A stretch of 64,000 nucleotides of DNA from Eledone cirrhosa (Eukaryota), in assembly GCA_964016885.1 (NCBI GenBank), contig OZ024747.1, positions 35,154,001 to 35,218,000 on the forward strand, in the 5' to 3' direction. Of the stretch, positions 40,974 through 56,805 are shown piece after piece. Each line of letters opens with the position of its first letter. Within the stretch, counting starts at the first letter, position 1. The notes below the pieces were generated by a model. That model made no database searches, had not been told where the DNA came from, and saw only the letters and a list, made by a program, of their open reading frames with translations. Both the position numbers and the translations under genes were made by a program.

Positions 40974-43900
40974 ATGGCTTTGCTCTAGTATCACTGTTAC
41001 TGCAACACAATTAAACTAATGTCTTTACTCCAGTATCACTGTTACTGCAACACAAATAAACTAATGTCTGTACTACAGTATCACTGTTACTGCAACACAA
41101 TAAACTAATGTCTTTACTCCAGTATCACTGTTACTGCAACACAAATAAACTAATGTCTTTACTCCAGTATCACTGTTACTGCAACACAAATAAACTAATG
41201 TCTTTGCTCCAGTATCACTGTTACTGCAACACAAATAAACTAATGTCTTTACTCCAGTATCACTGTTACTGCAACACAAATAAACTAATGGCTTTGCTCT
41301 AGTATCACTGTTACTGCAACACAAATAAACTAATGTCTTTACTCCAGTATCACAGTTACTGCAACACAAATAAACTAATGTCATTGCTCCAGTATCACTG
41401 TTACTGCAACATAAATAAACTAATGTCTTTACTCCAGTATCACTGTTACTGCAACACAAATAAACTAATGTCTTTGCTCCAGTATCACTCTTACTGCAAT
41501 ACAAATGAACTAAGGTCTTTGCCCCAGTATCACTGTTACTGCAACACAAATATACTAATGTCTTTGCTCCAGTATCACTATTACTGCAACACAAATAAAC
41601 TAATGTCTTTGCTCCAGTATCACTGTTACTGCAACACAAATAAACTAATGTCTTTGCTCCAGTATCACTGTTACTGCAACACAAATAAACTAATGTCTTT
41701 GCTCCAGTATCACTGTTACTGCAACACAAATAAACTAATTTCTTTGCTCCAGTATCACTGTTACTGCAACACAAATAAACTAATGTCTTTACTCCAGTGT
41801 CACTGTTACTGCAACACAAATAAACTAATGTCTTTACTCCAGTATCACTATTACTGCAAGACAAATGAACTAATGTCTTTGCTCCAGTATCACTCTTACT
41901 GCAAGACAAATGAACTAAGGTCTTTGCTCAAGTATCACTGTTACTGCAACACAAATAAACTAATGGCTTTGCTCCAGTATCACTGTTACTGCAACACAAA
42001 TAAACTAATGGCTTTGCTCCAGTATCACTGTTACTGCAACACAAATAAAGTAATGTCTTTGCTTCAGTATCACTGTTACTGCAACATAAATAAACTAATG
42101 TCTTTGCTCCAGTATCACTATTACTGCAACACAAATAAACTAATGTCTTTGCTCCAGTATCACTGTTACTGCAACACAAATAAACTAATGTCTTTACTCC
42201 AGTGTCACTGTTACTGCAACACAAATAAACTAATGTCTTTACTCCAGTATCACTATTACTGCAAGACAAATGAACTAATGTCTTTTCTCCAGTATCACTC
42301 TTACTGCAAGACAAATGAACTAAGGTCTTTGCTCCAGTATCACTGTTACTGCAACACAAATAAACTAATGGCTTTGCTCCAGTATCACTATTACTGCAAC
42401 ACAAATAAACTAATGGCTTTGCTCAAGTATCACTGTTACTGCAACACAAATAAACTAATGTCTTTGCTTCAGTATCACTGTTACTGCAACATAAATAAAC
42501 TAAGGTCTTTGCTCCAGTATCACTGTTACTGCAACACAAATAAACTAATGGCTTTGCTCCAGTATCACTATTACTGCAACACAAATAAACTAATGTCTTT
42601 GCTCCAGTATCACTATTACTGCAACACAAATAAACTAATGTCTTTGCTCCAGTATCACTGTTACTGCAACACAAATAAACTAATGTATTTGCTCCAGTAT
42701 CACTGTTACTGCAACACAAATAAACTAATGTCTTTGCTCCAGTATCACTATTGCTAAAACACAAATAAACTAATGTCTTTGCTCCAGTATCACTGTTACT
42801 GCAGCACGAATAGACTAATGTATGTACTCCAGTATCACTATTACTAAAACACAAATAAACTAAAGTCTTTGCTCCAGTATCACAGTTACTGCAGCACGAA
42901 TAAACTAATGTATTTACTCCAGTATCACTATTACGGCAACACAAATAAACTAAGGTCTTTGCTCCAGTATCACTGTTACTGCAGCACAAATAAACTAATG
43001 TCTTTGCTCCAGTATCACTGTTATTGCAACACAAATAAACTAATGTCTTTGCTCCAGTATCACTATTACTAAAACACAAATAAACTAATGTCTTTGCTCC
43101 AGTATCACTATTACTAAAACACAAATAAACTAATGTCTTTACTCCAGTATCACTATTACTGCAACACAAATAAACTAATGTCTTTACTCCAGTATCACTA
43201 TTACTGCAACACAAATAAACTAATGTCTTTGCTCCAGTATCACTATTACTAAAACACAAAAAAACTAATGTCTTTGCTCCAGTATCACTATTACTGCAAC
43301 ACAAATAAACTAATGGCTTAGCTCCAGTATCACTGTTACTGCAACACAAATAAACTAATGTCTTTGCTCCAGTATCACTGTTACTGCAACACAAATAAAC
43401 TAATGTCTTTACTCCAGTATCACTATTACTGCAACACAAATAAACTAACGTCTTTACTCCAGTATCACTGTTACTGCAACACAAATAAACTAATGTCTTT
43501 ACTCCAGTATCACTGTTACTGCAACACAAATAAACTAATGGCTTTGCTCTAGTATCACTGTTACTGCAACACAAATAAACTAATGTCTTTACTCCAGTAT
43601 CACTGTTACTGCAACACAAATAAACTAATGTCATTGCTCCAGTATCACTGTTACTGCAACACAAATAAACTAATGTCTTTACTCCAGTATCACTGTTACT
43701 GCAACACAAATAAACTAATGTCTTTGCTCCAGTATCACTCTTACTGCAAGACAAATGAACTAAGGTCTTTGCTCCAGTATCACTGTTACTGCAACACAAA
43801 TAAACTAATGTCTTTGCTCCAGTATCACTATTACTGCAACACAAATAAACTAATGGCTTTGCTCTAGTATCACTGTTACTGCAACACAATTAAACTAATG

Positions 43901-46731
43901 TCTTTACTCCAGTATCACTGTTACTGCAACACAAATAAACTAATGTCTGTACTACAGTATCACTGTTACTGCAACACAATAAACTAATGTCTTTACTCCA
44001 GTATCACTGTTACTGCAACACAAATAAACTAATGTCTTTACTCCAGTATCACTGTTACTGCAACACAAATAAACTAATGTCTTTGCTCCAGTATCACTGT
44101 TACTGCAACACAAATAAACTAATGTCTTTACTCCAGTATCACTGTTACTGCAACACAAATAAACTAATGGCTTTGCTCTAGTATCACTGTTACTGCAACA
44201 CAAATAAACTAATGTCTTTACTCCAGTATCACAGTTACTGCAACACAAATAAACTAATGTCATTGCTCCAGTATCACTGTTACTGCAACATAAATAAACT
44301 AATGTCTTTACTCCAGTATCACTGTTACTGCAACACAAATAAACTAATGTCTTTGCTCCAGTATCACTCTTACTGCAATACAAATGAACTAAGGTCTTTG
44401 CTCCAGTATCACTGTTACTGCAACACAAATAAACTAATGTCTTTGCTCCAGTATCACTATTACTGCAACACAAATAAACTAATGTCTTTGCTCCAGTATC
44501 ACTGTTACTGCAACACAAATAAACTAATGTCTTTGCTCCAGTATCACTGTTACTGCAACACAAATAAACTAATGTCTTTGCTCCAGTATCACTGTTACTG
44601 CAACACAAATAAACTAATTTCTTTGCTCCAGTATCACTGTTACTGCAACACAAATAAACTAATGTCTTTACTCCAGTGTCACTGTTACTGCAACACAAAT
44701 AAACTAATGTCTTTACTCCAGTATCACTATTACTGCAAGACAAATGAACTAATGTCTTTGCTCCAGTATCACTCTTACTGCAAGACAAATGAACTAAGGT
44801 CTTTGCTCAAGTATCACTGTTACTGCAACACAAATAAACTAATGGCTTTGCTCCAGTATCACTGTTACTGCAACACAAATAAACTAATGGCTTTGCTCCA
44901 GTATCACTGTTACTGCAACACAAATAAACTAATGTCTTTGCTTCAGTATCACTGTTACTGCAACATAAATAAACTAATGTCTTTGCTCCAGTATCACTAT
45001 TACTGCAACACAAATAAACTAATGTCTTTGCTCCAGTATCACTGTTACTGCAACACCAATAAACTAATGTCTTTACTCCAGTGTCACTGTTACTGCAACA
45101 CAAATAAACTAATGTCTTTACTCCAGTATCACTATTACTGCAAGACAAATGAACTAATGTCTTTTCTCCAGTATCACTCTTACTGCAAGACAAATGAACT
45201 AAGGTCTTTGCTCCAGTATCACTGTTACTGCAACACAAATAAACTAATGGCTTTGCTCCAGTATCACTATTACTGCAACACAAATAAACTAATGGCTTTG
45301 CTCCAGTATCACTGTTACTGCAACACAAATAAACTAATGTCTTTGCTTCAGTATCACTGTTACTGCAACATAAATAAACTAAGGTCTTTGCTCCAGTATC
45401 ACTGTTACTGCAACACAAATAAACTAATGGCTTTGCTCCAGTATCACTATTACTGCAACACAAATAAACTAATGTCTTTGCTCCAGTATCACTATTACTG
45501 CAACACAAATAAACTAATGTCTTTGCTCCAGTATCACTGTTACTGCAACACAAATAAACTAATGTATTTGCTCCAGTATCACTGTTACTGCAACACAAAT
45601 AAACTAATGTCTTTGCTCCAGTATCACTATTGCTAAAACACAAATAAACTAATGTCTTTGCTCCAGTATCACTGTTACTGCAGCACGAATAGACTAATGT
45701 ATGTACTCCAGTATCACTATTACTAAAACACAAATAAACTAATGTCTTTGCTCCAGTATCACAGTTACTGCAGCACGAATAAACTAATGTATTTACTCCA
45801 GTATCACTATTACGGCAACACAAATAAACTAAGGTCTTTGCTCCAGTATCACTGTTACTGCAGCACAAATAAACTAATGTCTTTGCTCCAGTATCACTGT
45901 TATTGCAACACAAATAAACTAATGTCTTTGCTCCAGTATCACTATTACTAAAACACAAATAAACTAATGTCTTTGCTCCAGTATCACTATTACTAAAACA
46001 CAAATAAACTAATGTCTTTACTCCAGTATCACTATTACTGCAACACAAATAAACTAATGTCTTTACTCCAGTATCACTATTACTGCAACACAAATAAACT
46101 AATGTCTTTGCTCCAGTATCACTATTACTAAAACACAAAAAAACTAATGTCTTTGCTCCAGTATCACTATTACTGCAACACAAATAAACTAATGGCTTAG
46201 CTCCAGTATCACTGTTACTGCAACACAAATAAACTAATGTCTTTGCTCCAGTATCACTGTTACTGCAACACAAATAAACTAATGTCTTTACTCCAGTATC
46301 ACTATTACTGCAACACAAATAAACTAACGTCTTTACTCCAGTATCACTGTTACTGCAACACAAATAAACTAATGTCTTTACTCCAGTATCACTGTTACTG
46401 CAACACAAATAAACTAATGGCTTTGCTCTAGTATCACTGTTACTGCAACACAAATAAACTAATGTCTTTACTCCAGTATCACTGTTACTGCAACACAAAT
46501 AAACTAATGTCATTGCTCCAGTATCACTGTTACTGCAACACAAATAAACTAATGTCTTTACTCCAGTATCACTGTTACTGCAACACAAATAAACTAATGT
46601 CTTTGCTCCAGTATCACTCTTACTGCAAGACAAATGAACTAAGGTCTTTGCTCCAGTATCACTGTTACTGCAACACAAATAAACTAATGTCTTTGCTCCA
46701 GTATCACTATTACTGCAACACAAATAAACTA
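40974..46731. repeat. Tandem block duplication, 2 x 2879 bp (64 monomers - 1 bp)
   Basis: ORF/marker offsets 41073/43952, 41333/44212, 42757/45636, 43358/46237. Confidence 0.9.
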
Positions 46732-49700
46732 ATGTCTTTGCTCCAGTATCACTGTTACTGCAACACAAATAAACTAATGTCTTTGCTCCAGTATCACTGT
46801 TACTGCAACACAAATAAACTAATGTCTTTGCTCCAGTATCACTGTTACTGCAACACAAATAAACTAATTTCTTTGCTCCAGTATCACTGTTACTGCAACA
46901 CAAATAAACTAATGTCTTTACTCCAGTGTCACTGTTACTGCAACACAAATAAACTAATGTCTTTACTCCAGTATCACTATTACTGCAAGACAAATGAACT
47001 AATGTCTTTGCTCCAGTATCACTCTTACTGCAAGACAAATGAACTAAGGTCTTTGCTCCAGTATCACTGTTACTGCAACACAAATAAACTAAATGGCTTT
47101 GCTCCAGTATCACTGTTACTGCAACACAAATAAACTAATGGCTTTGCTCCAGTATCACTGTTACTGCAACACAAATAAACTAATGTCTTTGCTTCAGTAT
47201 CACTGTTACTGCAACATAAATAAACTAATGTCTTTGCTCCAGTATCACTATTACTGCAACACAAATAAACTGTCTTTGCTCCAGTATCACTGTTACTGCA
47301 ACACAAATAAACTAATGTCTTTACTCCAGTGTCACTGTTACTGCAACACAAATAAAATAATGTCTTTACTCCAGTATCACTATTACTGCAAGACAAATGA
47401 ACTAATGTCTTTTCTCCAGTATCACTCTTACTGCAAGACAAATGAACTAAGGTCTTTGCTCCAGTATCACTGTTACTGCAACACAAATAAACTAATGGCT
47501 TTGCTCCAGTATCACTATTACTGCAACACAAATAAACTAATGGCTTTGCTCCAGTATCACTGTTACTGCAACACAAATAAACTAATGTCTTTGCTTCAGT
47601 ATCACTGTTACTGCAACATAAATAAACTAAGGTCTTTGCTCCAGTATCACTGTTACTGCAACACAAATAAACTAATGGCTTTGCTCCAGTATCACTATTA
47701 CTGCAACACAAATAAACCAATGTCTTTACTCCACTATCACTGTTACTGCAACACAAATAAACTAATGCCTTTGCTCCAGTATCACTATTACTGCAACACA
47801 AATAAACTAATGTCTTTGCTCCAGTATCACTGTTACTGCAACACAAATAAACTAATGTATTTGCTCCAGTATCACTGTTACTGCAACACAAATAAACTAA
47901 TGTCTTTGCTCCAGTATCACTATTGCTAAAACACAAATAAACTAATGTCTTTGCTCCAGTATCACTGTTACTGCAGCACGAATAAACTAATGTATTTACT
48001 CCAGTATCACTATTACTAAAACACAAATAAACTAATGTCTTTGCTCCAGTATCACAGTTACTGCAGCACGAATAAACTAATGTATTTACTCCAGTATCAC
48101 TATTACGGCAACACAAATAAACTAAGGTCTTTGCTCCAGTATCACTGTTACTGCAGCACAAATAAACTAATGTCTTTGCTCCAGTATCACTGTTACTGCA
48201 ACACAAATAAACTAATGTCTTTGCTCCAGTATCACTATTACTAAAACACAAATAAACAAATGTCTTTGCTCCAGTATCACTATTACTAAAACACAAATAA
48301 ACTAATGTCTTTACTCCAGTATCACTGTTACTGCAACACAAATAAACTAATGTCTTTGCTCCAGTATCACTGTTACTGCAACACAAATAAACTAATGTCA
48401 TTGCTCCAGTATTACTATTACTGCAACACAAATAAACTAATGTCTTTGCTCCAGTATCACTATTACTGCAACACAAATAAACTAATGGCTTAGCTCCAGT
48501 ATCACTGTTACTGCAACACAAATAAACTAATGTCTTTGCTCCAGTATCACTGTTACTGCAACACAAATAAACTAATGTCTTTACTCCAGTATCACTATTA
48601 CTGCAACACAAATAAAGTAACGTCTTTACTCCAGTATCACTGTTACTGCAACACAAATAAACTAATGTCTTTACTCCAGTATCACTGTTACTGAAACACA
48701 AATAAATTAATGTCTTTGCTCCAGTATCACTATTACTGCAACACAAATAAACTAATGTCTTTACTCCAGTATCACTGTTACTGCAACACAAATAAACTAA
48801 TGTCATTGCTCCAGTATTACTATTACTGCAACACAAATAAACTAATGTCTTTACTCCAGTATCACTGTTACTGAAACACAAATAAATTAATGTCTTTGCT
48901 CCAGTATCACTATTACTGCAACACAAATAAACTAATGTCTTTACTCCAGTATCACTGTTACTGCAACACAAATAAACTAATGTCTTTACTCCAGTATCAC
49001 TGTTACTGCAACACAAATAAACTAATGTCTTTACTCAAGTATCACTGTTACTGCAACACAAATAAACTAATGTCTTTACTCAAGTATCACTGTTACTGCA
49101 ACACAAATAAATTAATGTCTTTGCTCCAGTATCACTGTTACTGCAACACAAATAAACTAATGTCATTGCTCCAGTATCACTATTACTGCAACACAAATAA
49201 ACTAATGTCTTTACTCCAGTATCACTATTACTGCAACACAAATAAACTAATGTCATTGCTCCAGTATTACTATTACTGCAACACAAATAAACTAATGTCT
49301 TTGCTCCAGTATCACTGTTACTGCAACACAAATAAACTAATGTCTTTGCTCCAGTATCACTGTTACTGCAACACAAATAAACTAATTTCTTTGCTCCAGT
49401 ATCACTGTTACTGCAACACAAATAAACTAATGTCTTTACTCCAGTGTCACTGTTACTGCAACACAAATAAACTAATGTCTTTACTCCAGTATCACTATTA
49501 CTGCAAGACAAATGAACTAATGGCTTTGCTCCAGTATCACTCTTACTGCAAGACAAATGAACTAAGGTCTTTGCTCCAGTATCACTGTTACTGCAACACA
49601 AATAAACTAATGGCTTTGCTCCAGTATCACTGTTACTGCAACACAAATAAACTAATGGCTTTGCTCCAGTATCACTGTTACTGCAACACAAATAAACTAA

Positions 49701-50284
49701 TGTCTTTGCTTCAGTATCACTGTTACTGCAACATAAATAAACTAATGTCTTTGCTCCAGTATCACTATTACTGCAACACAAATAAACTAATGTCTTTACT
49801 CCACTATCACTGTTACTGCAACACAAATAAACTAATGTCTTTGCTCCAGTATCACTATTACTGCAACACAAATAAACTAAAGTCTTTTCTCCAGTATCAC
49901 TCTTACTGCAAGACAAATGAACTAAGGTCTTTGCTCCAGTATCACTGTTACTGCAACACGAATAAACTAATGGCTTTGCTCCAGTATCACTATTACTGCA
50001 ACACAAATAAACTAATGGCTTTGCTCCAGTATCACTGTTACTGCAACACAAATAAACTAATGTCTTTGCTTCAGTATCACTGTTACTGCAACATAAATAA
50101 ACTAAGGTTTTTGCTCCAGTATCACTGTTACTGCAACACAAATAAACTAATGGCTTTGCTCCAGTATCACTATTACTGCAACACAAATAAACTAATGTCT
50201 TTACTCCACTATCACTGTTACTGCAACACACATAAACTAATGTCTTTGCTCCAGTATCACTATTACTGCAACACAAATAAACTA

Positions 50285-53200
50285 ATGTCTTTGCTCCAGT
50301 ATCACTGTTACTGCAACACAAATAAACTAATGTATTTGCTCCAGTATCACTGTTACTGCAACACAAATAAACTAATGTCTTTGCTCCAGTATCACTATTG
50401 CTAAAACACAAATAAACTAATGTCTTTGCTCCAGTATCACTGTTACTGCAGCACGAATAAACTAATGTATTTACTCCAGTATCACTATTACTAAAACACA
50501 AATAAACTAATGTCTTTGCTCCAGTATCACAGTTACTGCAGCACGAATAAACTAATGTATTTACTCCAGTATCACTATTACGGCAACACAAATAAACTAA
50601 GGTCTTTGCTCCAGTATCACTGTTACTGCAGCACAAATAAACTAATGTCTTTGCTCCAGTATCACTGTTATTGCAACACAAATAAACTAATGTCTTTGCT
50701 CCAGTATCACTATTACTAAAACACAAATAAACTAATGTCTTTGCTCCAGTATCACTATTACTAAAACACAAATAAACTAATGTCTTTACTCCAGTATCAC
50801 TATTACTGCAACACAAATAAACTAATGTCTTTACTCCAGTATCACTATTACTGCAACACAAATAAACTAATGTCTTTGCTCCAGTATCACTATTACTAAA
50901 ACACAAATAAACTAATGTCTTTGCTCCAGTATCACTATTACTAAAACACAAATAAACTAATGTCTTTACTCCAGTATGAGTGTTACTGCAACACCAATAA
51001 ACTAATGTCTTTGCTCCATTATCACTATTACTAAAACACAAATAAACTAATGTCTTTGCTCCAGTATCACTATTACTAAAACACAAATAAACTAATGTCT
51101 TTACTCCAGTATCACTGTTACTGCAACACAAATAAACTAATGTCTTTGCTCCAGTATCACTGTTACTGCAACACAAATAAACTAATGTCTTTGCTCCAGT
51201 ATCACTGTTACTGCAACACAAATAAACTAATGTCTTTGCTCCAGTATCACTGTTACTGCAACACAAATAAACTAATTTCTTTGCTCCAGTATCACTGTTA
51301 CTGCAACACAAATAAACTAATGTCTTTACTCCAGTGTCACTGTTACTGCAACACAAATAAACTAATGTCTTTACTCCAGTATCACTATTTTTGCAAGACA
51401 AATGAACTAATGTCTTTGCTCCAGTATCACTCTTACTGCAAGACAAATGAACTAAGGTCTTTGCTCCAGTATCACTGTTACTGCAACACAAATAAACTAA
51501 ATGGCTTTGCTCCAGTATCACTGTTACTGCAACACAAATAAACTAATGGCTTTGCTCCAGTATCACTGTTACTGCAACACAAATAAACTAATGTCTTTGC
51601 TTCAGTATCACTGTTACTGCAACATAAATAAACTAATGTCTTTGCTCCAGTATCACTATTACTGCAACACAAATAAACTGTCTTTGCTCCAGTATCACTG
51701 TTACTGCAACACAAATAAACTAATGTCTTTACTCCAGTGTCACTGTTACTGCAACACAAATAAAATAATGTCTTTACTCCAGTATCACTATTACTGCAAG
51801 ACAAATGAACTAATGTCTTTTCTCCAGTATCACTCTTACTGCAAGACAAATGAACTAAGGTCTTTGCTCCAGTATCACTGTTACTGCAACACAAATAAAC
51901 TAATGGCTTTGCTCCAGTATCACTATTACTGCAACACAAATAAACTAATGGCTTTGCTCCAGTATCACTGTTACTGCAACACAAATAAACTAATGTCTTT
52001 GCTTCAGTATCACTGTTACTGCAACATAAATAAACTAAGGTCTTTGCTCCAGTATCACTGTTACTGCAACACAAAAAAACTAATGGCTTTGCTCCAGTAT
52101 CACTATTACTGCAACACAAATAAACCAATGTCTTTACTCCACTATCACTGTTACTGCAACACAAATAAACTAATGCCTTTGCTCCAGTATCACTATTACA
52201 GCAACACAAATAAACTAATGTCTTTGCTCCAGTATCACTGTTACTGCAACACAAATAAACTAATGTATTTGCTCCAGTATCACTGTTACTGCAACACAAA
52301 TAAACTAATGTCTTTGCTCCAGTATCACTATTGCTAAAACACAAATAAACTAATGTCTTTGCTCCAGTATCACTGTTACTGCAGCACGAATAAACTAATG
52401 TATTTACTCCAGTATCACTATTACTAAAACACAAATAAACTAATGTCTTTGCTCCAGTATCACAGTTACTGCAGCACGAATAAACTAATGTATTTACTCC
52501 AGTATCACTATTACGGCAACACAAATAAACTAAGGTCTTTGCTCCAGTATCACTGTTACTGCAGCACGAATAAACTAATGTCTTTGCTCCAGTATCACTG
52601 TTATTGCAACACAAATAAACTAATGTCTTTGCTCCAGTATCACTATTACTAAAACACAAATAAACTAATGTCTTTGCTCCAGTATCACTATTACTAAAAC
52701 ACAAATAAACTAATGTCTTTACTCCAGTATCACTATTACTGCAACACAAATAAACTAATGTCTTTACTCCAGTATCACTATTACTGCAACACAAATAAAC
52801 TAATGTATTTGCTCCAGTATCACTATTACTAAAACACAAATAAACTAATGTCTTTGCTCCAGTATCACTATTACTAAAACACAAATAAACTAATGTCTTT
52901 ACTCCAGTATGAGTGTTACTGCAACACCAATAAACTAATGTCTTTGCTCCATTATCACTATTACTAAAACACAAATAAACTAATGTCTTTGCTCCAGTAT
53001 CACTATTACTAAAACACAAATAAACTAATGTCTTTACTCCAGTATCACTGTTACTGCAACACAAATAAACTAATGTCTTTGCTCCAGTATCACTGTTACT
53101 GCAACACAAATAAACTAATGTCTTTGCTCCAGTATCACTGTTACTGCAACACAAATAAACTAATGTCTTTGCTCCAGTATCACTGTTACTGCAACACAAA

Positions 53201-54590
53201 TAAACTAATTTCTTTGCTCCAGTATCACTGTTACTGCAACACAAATAAACTAATGTCTTTACTCCAGTGTCACTGTTACTGCAACACAAATAAACTAATG
53301 TCTTTACTCCAGTATCACTATTACTGCAAGACAAATGAACTAATGTCTTTGCTCCAGTATCACTCTTACTGCAAGACAAATGAACTAAGGTCTTTGCTCC
53401 AGTATCACTGTTACTGCAACACAAATAAACTAAATGGCTTTGCTCCAGTATCACTGTTACTGCAACACAAATAAACTAATGGCTTTGCTCCAGTATCACT
53501 GTTACTGCAACACAAATAAACTAATGTCTTTGCTTCAGTATCACTGTTACTGCAACATAAATAAACTAATGTCTTTGCTCCAGTATCACTATTACTGCAA
53601 CACAAATAAACTGTCTTTGCTCCAGTATCACTGTTACTGCAACACAAATAAACTAATGTCTTTACTCCAGTGTCACTGTTACTGCAACACAAATAAAATA
53701 ATGTCTTTACTCCAGTATCACTATTACTGCAAGACAAATGAACTAATGTCTTTTCTCCAGTATCACTCTTACTGCAAGACAAATGAACTAAGGTCTTTGC
53801 TCCAGTATCACTGTTACTGCAACACAAATAAACTAATGGCTTTGCTCCAGTATCACTATTACTGCAACACAAATAAACTAATGGCTTTGCTCCAGTATCA
53901 CTGTTACTGCAACACAAATAAACTAATGTCTTTGCTTCAGTATCACTGTTACTGCAACATAAATAAACTAAGGTCTTTGCTCCAGTATCACTGTTACTGC
54001 AACACAAATAAACTAATGGCTTTTCTCCAGTATCACTATTACTGCAACACAAATAAACCAATGTCTTTACTCCACTATCACTGTTACTGCAACACAAATA
54101 AACTAATGCCTTTGCTCCAGTATCACTATTACAGCAACACAAATAAACTAATGTCTTTGCTCCAGTATCACTGTTACTGCAACACAAATAAACTAATGTA
54201 TTTGCTCCAGTATCACTGTTACTGCAACACAAATAAACTAATGTCTTTGCTCCAGTATCACTATTGCTAAAACACAAATAAACTAATGTCTTTGCTCCAG
54301 TATCACTGTTACTGCAGCACGAATAAACTAATGTATTTACTCCAGTATCACTATTACTAAAACACAAATAAACTAATGTCTTTGCTCCAGTATCACAGTT
54401 ACTGCAGCACGAATAAACTAATGTATTTACTCCAGTATCACTATTACGGCAACACAAATAAACTAAGGTCTTTGCTCCAGTATCACTGTTACTGCAGCAC
54501 AAATAAACTAATGTCTTTGCTCCAGTATCACTGTTATTGCAACACAAATAAACTAATGTCTTTGCTCCAGTATCACTATTACTAAAACAC
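50285..54590. repeat. 1933-bp periodic region (43 monomers, +1/-3 bp), a little over two copies; boundaries approximate
   Basis: Offsets 50404/52337/54270, 51095/53028, 51501/53434; shared tatgagtg...caccaat and ctccatt variants. Confidence 0.85.
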
Positions 54591-56805
54591 AAATAAACAA
54601 ATGTCTTTGCTCCAGTATCACTATTACTAAAACACAAATAAACTAATGTCTTTACTCCAGTATCACTGTTACTGCAACACAAATAAACTAATGTCTTTGC
54701 TCCAGTATCACTGTTACTGCAACACAAATAAACTAATGTCATTGCTCCAGTATTACTATTACTGCAACACAAATAAACTAATGTATTTGCTCCAGTATCA
54801 CTATTACTGCAACACAAATAAACTAATGGCTTAGCTCCAGTATCACTGTTACTGCAACACAAATAAACTAATGTCTTTGCTCCAGTATCACTGTTACTGC
54901 AACACAAATAAACTAATGTCTTTACTCCAGTATCACTATTACTGCAACACAAATAAAGTAACGTCTTTACTCCAGTATCACTGTTACTGCAACACAAATA
55001 AACTAATGTCTTTACTCCAGTATCACTGTTACTGAAACACAAATAAATTAATGTCTTTGCTCCAGTATCACTATTACTGCAACACAAATAAACTAATGTC
55101 TTTACTCCAGTATCACTGTTACTGCAACACAAATAAACTAATGTCATTGCTCCAGTATTACTATTACTGCAAAACAAATAAACTAATGTCTTTACTCCAG
55201 TATCACTGTTACTGAAACACAAATAAATTAATGTCTTTGCTCCAGTATCACTATTACTGCAACACAAATAAACTAATGTCTTTACTCCAGTATCACTGTT
55301 ACTGCAACACAAATAAACTAATGTCTTTACTCCAGTATCACTGTTACTGCAACACAAATAAACTAATGTCTTTACTCAAGTATCACTGTTACTGCAACAC
55401 AAATAAACTAATGTCTTTACTCAAGTATCACTGTTACTGCAACACAAATAAATTAATGTCTTTGCTCCAGTATCACTGTTACTGCAACACAAATAAACTA
55501 ATGTCATTGCTCCAGTATCACTATTACTGCAACACAAATAAACTAATGTCTTTACTCCAGTATCACTATTACTGCAACACAAATAAACTAATGTCATTGC
55601 TCCAGTATTACTATTACTGCAACACAAATAAACTAATGTCTTTGCTCCAGTATCACTGTTACTGCAACACAAATAAACTAATGTCTTTGCTCCAGTATCA
55701 CTGTTACTGCAACACAAATAAACTAATGTCTTTACTCCAGTGTCACTGTTACTGCAACACAAATAAACTAATGTCTTTACTCCAGTATCACTATTACTGC
55801 AAGACAAATGAACTAATGGCTTTGCTCCAGTATCACTCTTACTGCAAGACAAATGAACTAAGGTCTTTGCTCCAGTATCACTGTTACTGCAACACAAATA
55901 AACTAATGGCTTTGCTCCAGTATCACTGTTACTGCAACACAAATAAACTAATGGCTTTGCTCCAGTATCACTGTTACTGCAACACAAATAAACTAATGTC
56001 TTTGCTTCAGTATCACTGTTACTGCAACATAAATAAACTAATGTCTTTGCTCCAGTATCACTATTACTGCAACACAAATAAACTAATGTCTTTACTCCAC
56101 TATCACTGTTACTGCAACACAAATAAACTAATGTCTTTGCTCCAGTATCACTATTACTGCAACACAAATAAACTAAAGTCTTTTCTCCAGTATCACTCTT
56201 ACTGCAAGACAAATGAACTAAGGTCTTTGCTCCAGTATCACTGTTACTGCAACACAAATAAACTAATGGCTTTGCTCCAGTATCACTATTACTGCAACAC
56301 AAATAAACTAATGGCTTTGCTCCAGTATCACTGTTACTGCAACACAAATAAACTAATGTCTTTGCTTCAGTATCACTGTTACTGCAACATAAATAAACTA
56401 AGGTCTTTGCTCCAGTATCACTGTTAATGCAACACAAATAAACTAATGGCTTTGCTCCAGTATCACTATTACTGCAACACAAATAAACTAATGTCTTTAC
56501 TCCACTATCACTGTTACTGCAACACAAATAAACTAATGTCTTTGCTCCAGTATCACTATTACTGCAACACAAATAAACTAATGTCTTTGCTCCAGTATCA
56601 CTGTTACTGCAACACAAATAAACTAATGTATTTGCTCCAGTATCACTGTTACTGCAACACAAATAAACTAATGTCTTTGCTCCAGTATCACTATTGCTAA
56701 AACACAAATAAACTAATGTCTTTGCTCCAGTATCACTGTTACTGCAGCACGAATAAACTAATGTATTTACTCCAGTATCACTATTACTAAAACACAAATA
56801 AACTA

